Shown here piece by piece: positions 40,186-49,917 of a stretch of DNA of 64,000 nucleotides. Numbering within the stretch: position 1 is the stretch's first letter; every line of letters starts with the position of its first letter. Source of the DNA: Candidatus Daviesbacteria bacterium RIFCSPLOWO2_01_FULL_39_23 (lineage in GTDB: Bacteria; Patescibacteriota; Microgenomatia; Daviesbacterales; UBA10151). A program made the translations under genes and the position numbers. The stretch spans positions 1,464 to 65,463 of the forward strand of contig MFDN01000014.1 of NCBI GenBank assembly GCA_001776935.1, in the 5' to 3' direction. The notes beneath the pieces were generated by a model that was not told the DNA's origin, ran no database searches, and worked only from the letters and a program-made list of their open reading frames with translations.

Positions 40186-40638
40186 TCAGGGGGACGGAGG
40201 GGTTTTTCTGGTGTAAGTAGCATATATGCAGGCAGCGTCTAAAAGTTTTTCCTGCATGGTGTCAAAAACTTCTTTATAGGAGGCATTTTCCGGCAAAGGC
40301 AGTTTGTCATTTAAAGCAAAAAGCTTAAAAAAGTAGCGATGGGTGCCGGAAGGCGGACACGGTCCCTTATATGTTGTTTTGCCAAAATCATTCAATCCGA
40401 GCATGCCTCCATCCGGCACATCTGCTTCCCGGACTTTTTTTGTTTGAGGTTCAATATTAAATACCAGCCAATGGATAAAGTTGCCCGGAGCATCAGGGTC
40501 TTCTACAATTAAAACCAGACTTTTTGTATTTGCCGGTACCCCGGAAAATTCCAAAGGAGGACTGATATTTTCTCCTTCACAGGTGTATTTTTGAGGAATT
40601 TCTTTTTCCGGGGCAAAAGCAGGACTTTGAATTTTCAT
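40186..40638 (-). CDS. YbhB/YbcL (PEBP/RKIP-like) protein
   Basis: YTCEGENISPPL, EDPDAP, FIHWLVFNI, YKGPCPPSGTHRYFF. Confidence 0.95.
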   Translation of the reverse strand: MKIQSPAFAPEKEIPQKYTCEGENISPPLEFSGVPANTKSLVLIVEDPDAPGNFIHWLVFNIEPQTKKVREADVPDGGMLGLNDFGKTTYKGPCPPSGTHRYFFKLFALNDKLPLPENASYKEVFDTMQEKLLDAACIYATYTRKTPPSP

Positions 40639-40795
40639 ACCAGATGCCTAAAATATAAACTTCCCCGGTTAATTTTAAACTACGATTAAGCAAGAATTAG
40701 GTAAGAGAGTTTACTTGCAAAATTATTACAAAATTCCTACCATGTCTTTAAAAACTCCTGCTAATGTAGTATACTTCGCCTCCTAAAAAACAATT

Positions 40796-41269
40796 ATGGC
40801 TATTCCAGAAATTATGGTTAATCAGAGAGAGAAAGAAGTGCAAAGAGCCCTTGGACAATCAGGTATTCAAGAAGATGTTCAACCAGATGTTAAAGAGAGA
40901 CATGATATGCCTTTTATTCATTTTGTTAAATCCCGGGGTGGTATTACATTAGCCAAAATTGTTACAGAAGAATTTAGATCCGGGGACGAAAAAGTAGTAT
41001 GCGAGAATGCGGACTTTATTATCAGGCCTTTGTTAGCGTGTAGAGGCCGTATAAGGGAGGATTGTGAAATCATTTGGCATAATAAAGAAAGCGGAGAACA
41101 TTATAGAGTTGGCATGATTAATTCATCGGGTTGGAAGGATCGTTCCTGGCGTCATACCACCTTCCATAGCTTAGTAGCAAGAAGAGTACGAAGAGTGAAT
41201 GAACGTCTTGGTGTTATCCCAAGTGGCAATATTCTTCGTTCAGTTATTTTGCCTGCACGGAACCCCTAA
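40796..41269 (+). CDS. Hypothetical orphan protein
   Basis: 157-aa ORF with its own TATACT box upstream; no recognised motif. Confidence 0.6.
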   Translation: MAIPEIMVNQREKEVQRALGQSGIQEDVQPDVKERHDMPFIHFVKSRGGITLAKIVTEEFRSGDEKVVCENADFIIRPLLACRGRIREDCEIIWHNKESGEHYRVGMINSSGWKDRSWRHTTFHSLVARRVRRVNERLGVIPSGNILRSVILPARNP

Positions 41270-41341
41270 AAAAAGTTTTTACATATCAAACTCTTACCTA
41301 ATTTTAATCCTATTTTGATGCATGATTGCCATAATTAAAAG

Positions 41342-42106
41342 ATGGATAAAGACAGTTTAATGCGCATTGGTGATAAAGTTCTTTCAAAAATTCCTTTGCT
41401 TAAAAAAAAAGCCAAAATTGTAGCTAAAAAAGAAGTTGCCAAAGAAACTTTACTGGTTAAATTTAAAGTGGCTGAGGGAGAGGTAAATTTTAATCCCGGC
41501 CAATTTGTTTTTGTAGAGCTTCCAAAACTTCTTTACCCTGATGAAAACGGAAACCGGCATCACTTTACTATCTTAAATTCCCCCAATGAAAAGGGAATTA
41601 TTTCTATAACCACAAGAATCAGGGATACAGGTTTTAAGAGAACTCTAAGAGAGCTGCCAGAAGGCACGGAAGTTGAGGTCGGCCCTATTGCAGGATTTTT
41701 TACTTTGCCTAATGATGTTTCCAGGCCTTTGGTTTTTATAGCTTTGGGGATTGGAATCACACCATACATAAGTATGCTCCGCTATATTGAGGAAGAGGGT
41801 TTGAAGCATAAGGTGACTCTTATTTATTCTGATTCTGATGAGGAATCTTTGTCATATTTGGATGAGCTGAAGAAAATGGAAAAGAAAAATAAAAATTTTA
41901 AATTGGTTGTGACTATAACGGGCAAGAAAAAAAGTGGCCATGAAAACAGACATGTGAATGCAGACTTTATAAAAGATTATATTGATAACCCTAATAAATG
42001 TACTTTTTTTGTTTCAGGTCCGCCGAATGCAGTAGAATCTGTCAGTAAATCCTTAAAGGACGCAGGCATTGAAAATGTAAATACCGAAAACTTCAGCGGA
42101 TATTAA
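41342..42106 (+). CDS. FAD/NAD(P)-binding ferredoxin-reductase-type oxidoreductase
   Basis: FNPGQF, RHHFTI, GPIAGFF, ALGIGITPYISM, SGPP, ENFSGY. Confidence 0.9.
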   Translation: MDKDSLMRIGDKVLSKIPLLKKKAKIVAKKEVAKETLLVKFKVAEGEVNFNPGQFVFVELPKLLYPDENGNRHHFTILNSPNEKGIISITTRIRDTGFKRTLRELPEGTEVEVGPIAGFFTLPNDVSRPLVFIALGIGITPYISMLRYIEEEGLKHKVTLIYSDSDEESLSYLDELKKMEKKNKNFKLVVTITGKKKSGHENRHVNADFIKDYIDNPNKCTFFVSGPPNAVESVSKSLKDAGIENVNTENFSGY

Positions 42107-42116
42107 TGTTGCCCGG

Positions 42117-43220
42117 TTAAGAGGATTCAGTTGGACTAGGGTTTGGAATATAGCCCCAGTACTGTTCAAATGCCTTCCTTGGATTTGCCTCCACATTATC
42201 AGTGGCAAACTGATTTTTCTTGGTTTTGGGATCTTTTAATAAGTTAAAAAGATCTTTTCTTGTTCCAACAAAAGTATGCGGATGTCCATCTACCAACTTT
42301 CCGATGGTCAGGTCAACTACCACTGCATTAGTATCTTTATAAACAACCACAAAAGGATGCTCTTTGCTGATAGGAGATGCGCTTGTATGAATTTGGGCAT
42401 TGACCCCCATAGCCTTAAGGTTCCGGTAAATTTCCCAGCTAAAAGTTCCGCTATGATTAAAGAGATAGTGTCTGACTTCCGGATTAACCTTGTCAGGATC
42501 TATTGATAAACCTTTATTGGTTGGTGTGACCTTAAATTTGGCAACCACTCTATTTTTTTCATCTTGTCCAAATCGGGTTTGCAAAGCCTTTTCTACGACC
42601 CTTTCCACAGATTTAACATTCAACTTGGTTCTTGCGCCCCTGGAAAAATCTTCTCTTCCCTCAATCATCCAGTCAAGGGCATCTGTAGTCAAAGGAGAGC
42701 CGGGAAAGTCATTAAGCAGGATTTCTTCAATACCCAGCTCAAATTTTCTGGCTACCAGCGTAGGATCCTCACTATGGCAATGGATGTTTTGGACATAAAT
42801 TGCAAAACCTTTTATCAATAGGCCGGAGGCGACTTTTCCCGGATGATCTTTATTTTCTGCCGGAAATTTCAACTCACCGCTGATCAGCTGCCTTCTAATT
42901 GCCCCAAAGGTTTCAGGGCACCTGTGGTCTGACATCACAGCAGGAGCTATTTTAATTTCCGTTAAGTTGGGCAATAGCTCGCCGGCTATTAATTCTTTGA
43001 AAGCGACGACGTTTGCATAGTAGTTTTGATCAGGGTTTCCCCCAGATGCTAAGATGGCATTTAATCTATTCAGAGCCAGATTAAAATGCTGATACCTTAC
43101 AGCAAACTCGGAAATATCATCTTTTATCATTGCTATATGTGGGGCCACAGGTTCAATGCCGTCAAAATGTCTTTCGGCTTTTGCGAGTAACCAGCTGCCA
43201 TTGTCTACTTCTGCTTTCAT
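42117..43220 (-). CDS. Hypothetical orphan protein
   Basis: 367-aa ORF with TATACT 9 nt upstream; C-terminal EHPFVVV...VVDLTI resembles a papain/transglutaminase-like H-D pair (weak). Confidence 0.6.
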   Translation of the reverse strand: MKAEVDNGSWLLAKAERHFDGIEPVAPHIAMIKDDISEFAVRYQHFNLALNRLNAILASGGNPDQNYYANVVAFKELIAGELLPNLTEIKIAPAVMSDHRCPETFGAIRRQLISGELKFPAENKDHPGKVASGLLIKGFAIYVQNIHCHSEDPTLVARKFELGIEEILLNDFPGSPLTTDALDWMIEGREDFSRGARTKLNVKSVERVVEKALQTRFGQDEKNRVVAKFKVTPTNKGLSIDPDKVNPEVRHYLFNHSGTFSWEIYRNLKAMGVNAQIHTSASPISKEHPFVVVYKDTNAVVVDLTIGKLVDGHPHTFVGTRKDLFNLLKDPKTKKNQFATDNVEANPRKAFEQYWGYIPNPSPTESS

Positions 43221-43261
43221 CGATTAGGAAGTATACCAAGAAAGTTCCAAAAGTCAAAAAT

Positions 43262-43936
43262 TTACTGGTGGCTGGGGATAAAAACTTCATTGACAATTTT
43301 TTGCAGGTTAGAGTTTGTAGCCAGACGGTCTGAATGTGCCAGTACTCGCCTTTTTGCGGCATCAGATTGGTATGGTTTTATCCCATCTCTGATATATCCG
43401 GCCTCTTTGGCAATTTCTTCCGGTAAAGGGTCATAATAGGGATTTTCCGGGTGACACTGTCTTACCGCAAGAATGCAGCAGCCAATAAAAACAGATGTTT
43501 TTTCTATTTCCGTAATACCCCTCTGGGATTCAATTTGCGAGATTATTTTTTGCATCGGCTCCGGATACCCCACTACAGGCACGGGTAATAATTGAAGAAA
43601 AAGATAAGGTTTTGTATTTTTTGGATGTTTTGGGGGATTTTTGTAGGGTATTCTCTGCTTGTGTTCAGGAGAAGTATTCTCCGCTTCCGGCAATTCCCGT
43701 GATGCCAGATAGGCGTCGAATGATCTACGTGCAGTACAAATTGTAGTTCCCGCCAAATCACCATGCAGGGTATTAGTAATCGCAGGTATTTCCGGATCAG
43801 CAGGCTTAATAGGGTCTTCAATTGCAGAAGGCCTATTTGAAGGACCAGAAGGAGTTGTAAACTTGAGCTCAGCGCGAACGCGCTTAAAAAATTCGGTATC
43901 GTCAGACAAATCAAATTCAGGCTTTGGTCCGGGCAT
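43262..43936 (-). CDS. Hypothetical orphan protein (start reassigned to MPGPKPE)
   Basis: ATG at 43936 follows TATAAT; the track's longer start overlaps tRNA-Lys antisense. Confidence 0.55.
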   Translation of the reverse strand: MPGPKPEFDLSDDTEFFKRVRAELKFTTPSGPSNRPSAIEDPIKPADPEIPAITNTLHGDLAGTTICTARRSFDAYLASRELPEAENTSPEHKQRIPYKNPPKHPKNTKPYLFLQLLPVPVVGYPEPMQKIISQIESQRGITEIEKTSVFIGCCILAVRQCHPENPYYDPLPEEIAKEAGYIRDGIKPYQSDAAKRRVLAHSDRLATNSNLQKIVNEVFIPSHQ

Positions 43937-44001
43937 AACAAGGCGATTATACCTTAAAAGTAGCCATTTGTGCGGGAAGTTGTTAGAATAGGATTTGTAA
44001 T

Positions 44002-44073
44002 GGGCCGGTAGCTCAATGGTAGAGCAATGGACTCTTAATCCATCGGTTCTGGGTTCAAATCCCAGCCGGCTCA
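44002..44073 (+). tRNA. tRNA-Lys (anticodon CTT), CCA not encoded
   Basis: GGGCCGGTAGCTCAATGGTAGAGCAATGGACTCTTAATCCATCGGTTCTGGGTTCAAATCCCAGCCGGCTCA cloverleaf. Confidence 0.97.
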
Positions 44074-44147
44074 CAGACAAAGGACTCTTGCAAAGATCAC
44101 ACATAATTCTTCTTTAAATCTTAAACTTTTGTGACAAGATTATCTAA

Positions 44148-44876
44148 ATGAATAAACCAATTTTCCTCATAGGACTTCTAATCCTTTTACTTTCCGGTGC
44201 AGCTTTGTATTTCCTTTCTGTAAAATCTGATACAACACAGGATAGAATAACTAATCCAAGTCCAACTGCCGAAAAGCAAAAACCCCTGACAAATGAGATG
44301 AGCTTTTTTGTAACCAGTGTTAGCCCCGGCAAAGGCGCGGATTTGGGAGGTCTTACAGGTGCAGATAGTTATTGCCAAAAGCTGGCTGAAGATGCCGGTG
44401 CAGGAAATAAAACCTGGCGGGCATATCTTAGTACTACTGCTACTGACAATATGTCTGCTGTTAATGCCCGGGACCGGATCGGAAACGGGCCCTGGAAAAA
44501 TTTCAAAGGAGAAATAATAGCAAATAATTTAGAAGATCTTCACAGCGATGCCAATAATATAAATAAACAAACTGCCTTAACTGAAAAAGGCGAGGTGGTA
44601 AACGGCAGGGGAGACACACCTAACAAGCATGATATGCTCACAGGTTCTACGCCGGAGGGCATGGCGTTTACCAAAAGCGAAGACACAACCTGTAAAAATT
44701 GGACCTCAAGTACGGAAGGATCAGCCATGCTGGGCCATCATGACAGATTAGGCACCAGCGATACTGAAGCTGCAAAATCCTGGAATTCCTCCCACCCTTC
44801 GCGGGGCTGCAGCAATGAAAACCTGGTCTCAACCGGCGGAGCCGGCCTGTTTTATTGCTTTGCTATTGAAAAATAA
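44148..44876 (+). CDS. Membrane-anchored C-type-lectin/endostatin-like protein
   Basis: SFFVTS...DLGGLTGADSYCQKLA...WRAYLS...ARDRIGNGPW...HDMLTGS...TCKNWTS...LFYCFA. Confidence 0.75.
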   Translation: MNKPIFLIGLLILLLSGAALYFLSVKSDTTQDRITNPSPTAEKQKPLTNEMSFFVTSVSPGKGADLGGLTGADSYCQKLAEDAGAGNKTWRAYLSTTATDNMSAVNARDRIGNGPWKNFKGEIIANNLEDLHSDANNINKQTALTEKGEVVNGRGDTPNKHDMLTGSTPEGMAFTKSEDTTCKNWTSSTEGSAMLGHHDRLGTSDTEAAKSWNSSHPSRGCSNENLVSTGGAGLFYCFAIEK

Positions 44877-44899
44877 ACCCTTAGAGTATACTGGATTTA

Positions 44900-45592
44900 A
44901 TGCTGTATTTTCTCCTTTTTATAACAGAACTTATTTTGCTGTTTGTGTTATCAGGAAAATTAATCAATTCCTTAACTTCCATATTTTTCAGGATAACGCG
45001 CAGCCACCGGGCAGCAATTCACATTATGGCCATAATTTTTTTGCCCGGAACTATTTTTCATGAACTGGCCCATCTTTTATTTGCCGGGGTTATGCTGGTG
45101 CCTGTTGGAGAGCTGGATGTGGTGCCGCAAATAGAAGGACAATCAGTTAAGCTGGGAAGCGTACAAATTGCTAAAACAGACCCTTTAAGAAGGACAATTA
45201 TAGGCGTTGCGCCGGTTATTTTCGGCCTGCTATTAATCTTTACTGCCCTGTATTTTATTCAGTCTTCGGGTGAATTTATCTGGTGGCAGGCTGCTTTGGT
45301 TTTATATTTAGTCTTTGCCATTTGCAATACCATGTTTTCCTCAAAAAAAGACGTAGAAGGAGTAATCGGATTTTTAGTCGCAATATTTCTGGTATGTATA
45401 CTCTTAATTGCTTTTTTGTATTTCATAAATCCTTTGAGCCTGCAAAAAGTCTGGGTCTGGCTAAGCAATTTAAACTTAAACTTTGCAGAAAACTTTTTTA
45501 AATCAGCTGATCTTTACCTGTTAGTCCCCCTTGCTTTGGATGCGCTGATAGTTTTTACAGGCAGGTCTTTCAAAAGATTGTTCAAAAGTTAA
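44900..45592 (+). CDS. Membrane zinc metalloprotease (M50-like, HExxH)
   Basis: FLPGTIFHELAH, IIGVAP, multiple TMs, FSSKKD. Confidence 0.75.
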   Translation: MLYFLLFITELILLFVLSGKLINSLTSIFFRITRSHRAAIHIMAIIFLPGTIFHELAHLLFAGVMLVPVGELDVVPQIEGQSVKLGSVQIAKTDPLRRTIIGVAPVIFGLLLIFTALYFIQSSGEFIWWQAALVLYLVFAICNTMFSSKKDVEGVIGFLVAIFLVCILLIAFLYFINPLSLQKVWVWLSNLNLNFAENFFKSADLYLLVPLALDALIVFTGRSFKRLFKS

Positions 45593-45647
45593 TACGACTG
45601 GTATACTCAAGCTCAAAATGATATAATACATATTACCTGCATAATGC

Positions 45648-45670
45648 ACCCCGCACAGGCGGGGTTTTTT
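45648..45670 (+). terminator. Intrinsic terminator-like hairpin upstream of typA
   Basis: ACCCCGC-ACAG-GCGGGGT-TTTTT. Confidence 0.75.
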
Positions 45671-45698
45671 AGTTGGATTATGTTCAAAATAAATTACT

Positions 45699-47480
45699 AT
45701 GACAAACATAAGAAACGTTGCTATTATTGCTCATGTTGATCACGGCAAAACTACTTTAGTAGATGCCCTGCTTCGTCAATCAAAAACAAAGCTAGGAAAA
45801 GAATTCTCCGACTCCTCTGAGCTTATTATGGACAGCAATGATTTGGAAAAAGAGCGGGGGATTACCATTTTTTCTAAAAACGCCTCTGTAAACTGGAAAG
45901 ATACCAAAATTAATATCATAGATACTCCGGGTCATGCTGATTTTGGCGGGGAAGTTGAGCGGGTTTTAAAAATGGCTGACGGAGTCTTGCTTTTAATAGA
46001 TGCCAAAGAAGGCCCGATGCCCCAAACCCGTTTTGTTTTAAAAAAAGCTTTGGAGATGGGTCACAAAATTGTAGTTGTGATCAATAAAATAGACAAGCCC
46101 GATGCAAGAATAAATTATGTTATCAATAAAACTTTTGATCTGTTTTTAGAGCTGGGAGCAGATGAAGAAACTGCATATTTTCCGACTATTTATTCTTCCG
46201 GAAAGCACGGCAAAGCCGGGCTGGAAACAGATTTATCCAAAATGGATGATATTACACCTGTTTTTGATGCTATCCTGGAGCATATTCCGGCTCCTGCGGA
46301 TGATATCACAAGACCTTTGCAGATATTAATTACCAATACCATCTATGATAATTTTAAGGGCAGGATTGCAACAGGCAGAGTTTACAGCGGCACTGTTAAA
46401 GCAGGTCAGGAAATTGCCCACATAAACAGGGAGGGTGTTGTAAAAAAATTCAGGTTAACTTCTTTGATGGGATTTGAAGGCTTAGAAAGGGTCAATATAA
46501 ATGAAGCTCATGCAGGCGATATTATTGCCCTGTCCGGTATTCCAGATATTACCATTGGTGAAACAATTGCTGATCCGATAAACTCAATTGCCTTGCCGGT
46601 TTTGGAAATTGAGGAGTCAACTGTCAGGATGAATTTTGGGGTGAATACTTCCCCTTTTGCAGGCAGAGAGGGTGAATTTAAAACTGCCCGTCAAATCCGG
46701 GAAAGGCTTTACAAAGCAGCAGAAGCAGATGTAGCTTTAAATGTGGAAGACGGACCCTTAGGCGATCAAGTAGTCAGCGGCAGAGGAGAACTGCATCTTG
46801 CGATTTTAATAGAGAGATTAAGAAGGGAAGGGTATGAGTTCCAGGTCGGGAAACCGCAGGTTATTGAAAAAATGCAAGGCGGGAAGCTGGTGACCCCTTT
46901 TGAGAAAGTGGCAATAGAAGTGCCGGAGGAGATGTCCGGCACAGTCATGCAAAAAATGGGCCTGCGTCACGCAGAACTCCTGGACATGAACACGGAAAAC
47001 GGAGTGACTTTCCTCTTATTCATCATTGCCACCAAGGAATTTTTCGGATACAGGTCTCAATTTATGACAGACACAAAAGGCCTGGGGATTTTAAGCAGTT
47101 CTTTTTTAGAATATAGGGAGGATCTTGGAAGTAAATTTGAAAGAGGTCAGGGGTCTTTGGTGGTGCATGAGACAGGAAACACCAAACTATATGCTTTAAC
47201 AGGAGCACAGGATCGGGGAACCTTGTTTGTCGGCCCTGGGCTGGAAGTCTATAAAGGCCAGGTGATTGGAGTTTCTTCAAGAACAGGGGATATTGCCATA
47301 AACGTCTGCAAAGAAAAACAGCAGACAAATCACCGCTCCTCCGGTGAAGGGACATCCGAGCATTTTAATACCCCAAAATTGATGAGTTTGGAAAACGCCA
47401 TAGAATACATTGATGACACTGAGCTGGTAGAAGTCACCCCCAAAAATATCAGGATCAGAAAAATTGATTTAGGTAAATAG
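45699..47480 (+). CDS. typA: Translational GTPase TypA/BipA
   Basis: [60 protein letters not shown]. Confidence 0.97.
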   Translation: MTNIRNVAIIAHVDHGKTTLVDALLRQSKTKLGKEFSDSSELIMDSNDLEKERGITIFSKNASVNWKDTKINIIDTPGHADFGGEVERVLKMADGVLLLIDAKEGPMPQTRFVLKKALEMGHKIVVVINKIDKPDARINYVINKTFDLFLELGADEETAYFPTIYSSGKHGKAGLETDLSKMDDITPVFDAILEHIPAPADDITRPLQILITNTIYDNFKGRIATGRVYSGTVKAGQEIAHINREGVVKKFRLTSLMGFEGLERVNINEAHAGDIIALSGIPDITIGETIADPINSIALPVLEIEESTVRMNFGVNTSPFAGREGEFKTARQIRERLYKAAEADVALNVEDGPLGDQVVSGRGELHLAILIERLRREGYEFQVGKPQVIEKMQGGKLVTPFEKVAIEVPEEMSGTVMQKMGLRHAELLDMNTENGVTFLLFIIATKEFFGYRSQFMTDTKGLGILSSSFLEYREDLGSKFERGQGSLVVHETGNTKLYALTGAQDRGTLFVGPGLEVYKGQVIGVSSRTGDIAINVCKEKQQTNHRSSGEGTSEHFNTPKLMSLENAIEYIDDTELVEVTPKNIRIRKIDLGK

Positions 47481-47487
47481 TACTAAA

Positions 47488-47733
47488 TTATCTTACTCGA
47501 GTCGGGCGTTTACAGGAAGCTTGGCGTACTACGTCAGGTTTGTCAGTCAGTCCTGCGCCGTTACCTATTCTGGCAGTACACTTATAAGGCAATATGTTGC
47601 TAGGGTATAATCTTCTTCTTGCTTTTTGGTTAACAACAGCCAAGCTTGGCTTGTCATCCGGATTCCACTGATTAAGGGGGTACCGACATAGTCCCTGTTG
47701 AAAATATCCACAGCCTTCTACTTTACTTTTCAT
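47488..47733 (-). CDS. Small basic Cys-containing orphan protein
   Basis: 81-aa ORF convergent with typA, four Cys. Confidence 0.45.
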   Translation of the reverse strand: MKSKVEGCGYFQQGLCRYPLNQWNPDDKPSLAVVNQKARRRLYPSNILPYKCTARIGNGAGLTDKPDVVRQASCKRPTRVR

Positions 47734-47896
47734 GGCTATAAAAATAGCACAAGTTATAAGATATCGTGAATAAGTAATAATTCAGGCTAATCTTTTTCCT
47801 GGTGCTTTTCATCCTGATCCTCATATTAGTTTTAGAATTTCATTTAATTCCTAAATCCTATAGTAGCTTGCATGACGCTCTAAAGTTTAGTATAAT

Positions 47897-48316
47897 ATGC
47901 AGTCTATGGTTGAACCAGGAGGCTGGAGAAGAGGAAATTTTAATAATTTAATAAGGGAAACAATCTTTCCATCTGGTATGAGAAGGGAAGAAAGAGTAAA
48001 TCCGTGGTTAAGATCAAAAAGAATTTATGATACATATCCTGATTCATTTAGGGAGAAATATGAATGGGAATTACTTCCGAAAGAAGATCCTCTAAGAGGT
48101 GCACAGCAATCAGCAATGAGGATTGGACATAGAGGTGCCTCCCTGCGTTTCGCAAATAGAGAAAATCAGTGTGTAATTGCAGTTGATTGTTTGGATCAAT
48201 CCCATTTGAATATAAAGATAGTGGATGATATTAAAAAAGAAGGTCCTAATGGTGTGTATGGACTAGATTATGAATCTTTAGTTGTAGCTAGGTATAAATC
48301 CCAGAAATTTAATTGA
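47897..48316 (+). CDS. Hypothetical orphan protein
   Basis: 139-aa ORF; TATAAT directly upstream suggests the true start is MVEPGG at 47906. Confidence 0.55.
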   Translation: MQSMVEPGGWRRGNFNNLIRETIFPSGMRREERVNPWLRSKRIYDTYPDSFREKYEWELLPKEDPLRGAQQSAMRIGHRGASLRFANRENQCVIAVDCLDQSHLNIKIVDDIKKEGPNGVYGLDYESLVVARYKSQKFN

Positions 48317-48335
48317 GCTGGTTTTAAAAGCGGAG

Positions 48336-49121
48336 GTGCATGAACCAGCTTTTGCAACAGAAAATCATGCAGATAATCCTCCAATTCCCGATTGGCGCGA
48401 TAATCTCTTCGTGTTCCTGGGTTATTTAAGAAGTAAAGATGAAGATTTCTTAGCGGGAAGCGGAGAAGCTAACAGTGATAAGTATCAAAAGGTTGTTGAT
48501 GATATGTTTTCTGGTATTAATAATCCGAAACTAAATAGTGCGAACGAGACGGCTCATCTATTGATTGAAAGACTACTTAAACACATTCCTCCCGATGATC
48601 AGGATGAAGCGGGTAAATTCTTTAGCAGCCTTGCTTTGAAAAAACTTTTTGCTGCAAATTTATTAATGAAAATTAAAAATTGCGAAGTAGATTCCCTTAG
48701 TGAATTACCTGATTTTGATATTGATGATTTTCTTAGTTCTCAATTAGCGTTTGAAATAGAATATATTGCGGATACAGATACTTTACCACAGCAATTGCTT
48801 GTTCTTGATAAATTTACCGATAAAGGCTTTAACTGGCGAGAAATGGAATCTGAAGATTTAGATGAGGGAGTGGAAAGAGGCTCTGGGTGTATAGAATATA
48901 GGGAGAGTATTTCTATACAAGGAGATTTATTCACTGTAAAAAGGATCCGCGATATGATAGTAGTTGATTGTTTAGTGAGAAAAGGAAGAAAACGTTGGCA
49001 GGCTATTTTGCCTTTATATTTAGACTCCGAAAAAATTGATGTAATTGCAAATGATTTAGATAGGGACTTTAGGGAGGCAGAATTTCTTTTGGGAACGGTT
49101 TTTCGCCGACCAATTGATTGA
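48336..49121 (+). CDS. Acidic hypothetical orphan protein
   Basis: 261-aa ORF with GTG start; exact start uncertain. Confidence 0.6.
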   Translation: MHEPAFATENHADNPPIPDWRDNLFVFLGYLRSKDEDFLAGSGEANSDKYQKVVDDMFSGINNPKLNSANETAHLLIERLLKHIPPDDQDEAGKFFSSLALKKLFAANLLMKIKNCEVDSLSELPDFDIDDFLSSQLAFEIEYIADTDTLPQQLLVLDKFTDKGFNWREMESEDLDEGVERGSGCIEYRESISIQGDLFTVKRIRDMIVVDCLVRKGRKRWQAILPLYLDSEKIDVIANDLDRDFREAEFLLGTVFRRPID

Positions 49122-49152
49122 ATATTGAGTATAAGTTAATTAGCTATGCAGG

Positions 49153-49225
49153 CGCGCCCGGAGGGAATCGAACCCCCAACCGCTTCGTCCGAAGCGAAGT
49201 GCTCTATCCGTTAAGCTACGGGCGC
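49153..49225 (-). tRNA. tRNA-Arg (anticodon TCG)
   Basis: Reverse complement GCGCCCGTAGCTTAACGGATAGAGCACTTCGCTTCGGACGAAGCGGTTGGGGGTTCGATTCCCTCCGGGCGCG; anticodon loop CTTCGGA. Confidence 0.95.
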
Positions 49226-49362
49226 AAATCGGTCAAGTCTTTTTATCGCCTAAGGGGAGATAAGATAAGCATTTGACTGACGTAAGTTAATTCTAACAAA
49301 TAGGGGATCTAAAGTATAATTCCCATTTGACAAATACCTAACGATCGTCAACAATTTGATTA

Positions 49363-49871
49363 ATGATAAGAAAAAGATCAAAGTTGGTTAATGCCGCGCT
49401 TTTTGCCTTGGAAAAGTCTGTTTGGGTCGGAGCTACTTTATGCGATTTTGCCTATTATACTCACCAATATGTTTATGGTGAACCTGGCGGAGCTGATAAA
49501 TATGAATTTTATCAGGTTATCAGCAGATTAAGGAAAGAGGGCTTTATTGAAAAAATTAAGGATATAGATCAGGAAAAGATTATCTAAAAATAAAGAATTG
49601 CCTAAAAAAGAAGAAATGGGATGGTAAATGGAGGCTTGTTGTTTTTGATATTCCGGAAAGCAAAAGAAGATTAAGAAATACCTTAAGGCAAAAATTGAAG
49701 GAGTGGGGTTTTAAATATTGGCAAAAAAGTTTATGGGCAAGCAAAAACGATATTGCAGATCCTCTTAGGGAATTTATAAATAAATTGAGGCTTTCAGATT
49801 TTGTACTGGTAGTAGTCTCAAACGACCTTGGTATTTGGCAAAGTAATCAAAAAACTGACGATCGTTCATAA
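49363..49871 (+). pseudogene. PaaX-like wHTH plus Cas2-like-domain regulator, frameshifted
   Basis: First frame ends ...ISRLRKEGFIEK...EKII* at 49587; a second frame continues KKKWDGKWRLVVFDIPESKRRLRNTLRQKLKEWGFKYWQKSLW to TAA at 49871; the linker looks shortened. Confidence 0.8.
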
Positions 49872-49917
49872 TTTGATGAATTTTAATTTAGAATTAAATT
49901 ATTTTAAGAAATAGAAA

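Noticed and set aside
43937-44104. N-terminal 56 aa of the 280-aa ORF
   Set aside because: Antisense to tRNA-Lys(CTT); a -10 box supports a start at 43936
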